A stretch of 64,000 nucleotides of DNA from Macrostomum lignano (Eukaryota). The stretch lies in NCBI GenBank assembly GCA_002269645.1, contig NIVC01000958.1:248001-312000 (forward strand). The letters are read 5' to 3'. Below, in pieces: positions 62,502 through 64,000 of this stretch; position 1 is the first letter of the stretch; each line of letters starts with the position of its first letter. The notes under the pieces are model-generated. The model made no database searches. It was not told where the DNA came from and worked only from the letters and a program-made list of their open reading frames with translations. The translations under genes were made by a program, and so were the position numbers.

Positions 62502-64000
62502 CTTCGAAGGCAGGTTGGCATATTGTACTCCGGTTTCAGAGCCGCTAATTTGAGGAGCAGGTCGATCTGGTATCTCCTGCGGCTCGCGATTGGTTGGCGG
62601 TTTTCGTCTCCTAATCAACACTAGAGCAACGGTGACAGCCAGGGCTGAGGAGAGCAGAAAAACTCCAATGAAAATCCAGGCTAATCCGAAATCATCAGAA
62701 ATGTTACCAGAAGATTCCGAGTCAACTTGAAAGTCTGTTTAGGATTGGTTTGGAAGAATCTGTATAGTTTCTAAGTGATAAATATCTGTGGAAATTTCGC
62801 TATCAGACATCCGCCTACAATTCAGCCAGCCTTATAATTAATTTGCATGTAAACCATAACCGATTTTCCCTAGCTAAACAGGACATCCGTTTCCAAGCGC
62901 TAAGTATGAATGACAGATTGTAATAATAGTAATAATAATTGATACACCTGCCCAATGGGCAGATGTGCAACCGACAGCTCAGCCGCAGCTATTGCTGGCT
63001 GCATCTGTACGGCTGTTCAGTCCAAGGACTGGAGGGGGGTCGCCACACACACCCTCAATTATCCCAGCTAATGCTGGCACCCATTTTACAGCTGGGTGAA
63101 CTGAAGCGAGGCACAGTTAAGTGTCTTGCTCAATGACACAAATTGTTCTCGAGTATATCGAGAATCGAACCCCCGACCTTCAGTCCGACGCTCCAACCGC
63201 TAGGCTACAAACACTACTGACTCTAGGTAGACAAAATATGAGAATTGTATCCGTGGGGTCTCATCCATCAAGAGTTTGTGCCACAGGAGTAAACTGCGAA
63301 TCAGCAAACACTTTCATCGTGAAGTCCTCGAGAGGACGATGCTGAGGATGCGACGCTAACAGTGGGGCAACAATGCCCGGTTGCTGCATCGCGACAACGC
63401 ACCAGCGCACAAAACAGTTTTGATATCTCTGGCTGAAGCAGGCTCTCAAAGGATCACGATCTGAAGACCAGGAAGACTTAAAGAACGACGAGACAAGGGT
63501 CTTACAAGGCATCTCGATGGAGGGCTTCTACAAGTGCATCCAGCTATTGAGGCGCTGTGTTGAATGCAGGGGCAATTACTTTGAGGGCTGCAGTTGACTA
63601 ATGATTAGATAACATTCAAGCATACATTTTTTAGTAACAACAATGGATACATAATATTTTGCCGTTAGAAAAATGAGTTACCCGTTTCGTTCGAAGTGCA
63701 GTTACGAAAGACCTGTTCGCTTGTTTGAAAAATCGTTGAGCCATTGAAGTCCTGCTGAGCAGTGCAGTTGATGAGAAAATTCGATTCGTTATTCAGCCAT
63801 GCACATTCTGGTGGTGAAATGCTGCCGTTTGCCTGCCAGGTGTGGCTGTTTTGCATCCGCGTCAGTTCAACACTCTGGGAATGAGGACAGTTATTGAGAT
63901 TTGACTTTGAATTTTGTTTTAACCTGATTTTTTAATGAATCATCCAATGAGTCAGTTTGGTCCGAAGCTGAGCCTTTGGTTCCGTTCCGGTGCTCAGGTT
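62502..64000 (-). CDS. Partial type I receptor with glycosylated ectodomain, TM segment and ITIM-like motif
   Basis: Phase-compatible exons >64000-63924, 63874-63682, 62734-62502. Ectodomain has six N-x-S/T sites in one exon; TM FGLAWIFIGVFLLSSALAVTVALVLI then RRRK; tail contains VQYANL. Confidence 0.7.
62917..63210 (-). mobile_element. tRNA-derived SINE (same family), intronic
   Basis: Homologous to the 50189 and 59514 copies, with small deletions. Confidence 0.85.
63255..63598 (+). mobile_element. Mariner transposase remnant, intronic
   Basis: GLIHQEFVP...LLHRDNAPAH...LWLKQALKG...RRCVECRGNYFEG, with stops and frameshifts. Confidence 0.85.

Noticed and set aside
50189-63210. tRNA genes
   Set aside because: The A/B boxes belong to SINE heads followed by an unrelated body and tail; no complete cloverleaf was seen.

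Overview
Eukaryotic, intron-containing, repeat-rich DNA, probably from an invertebrate animal; the species cannot be determined from this window. Most ORF-track entries are satellite translations or antisense shadows. The background is a tandem segmental duplication carrying three copies of a 6-exon minus-strand gene for a single-pass membrane protein with a CUB-like ectodomain (1-2226 partial, 15789-20573, 54584-56823) plus an orphan last exon. A second, ITIM-bearing receptor-like gene enters at the right edge. About 27 kb of unrelated DNA (21.6-48.9 kb) interrupts the duplicated module. It holds (i) a 5.8-kb foldback whose 987-bp loop encodes an internally deleted DIRS/Ngaro-type tyrosine recombinase, (ii) a truncated KDM3-like JmjC exon, and (iii) a THAP/P-like element whose left TIR is split by two head-to-tail Helitrons. 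The larger Helitron has a 9-exon STPR-OTU-Rep-PIF1 gene (~1729 aa), interrupted in its last exon by a 4.3-kb CCC-ended TIR element with a 2-bp TSD. Also present: hAT MITEs with 8-bp TSDs, three tRNA-derived SINEs, RTE LINE and mariner remnants, and many 14-21 bp satellites. All exon models and family calls were made by eye from motifs; no database search was run.
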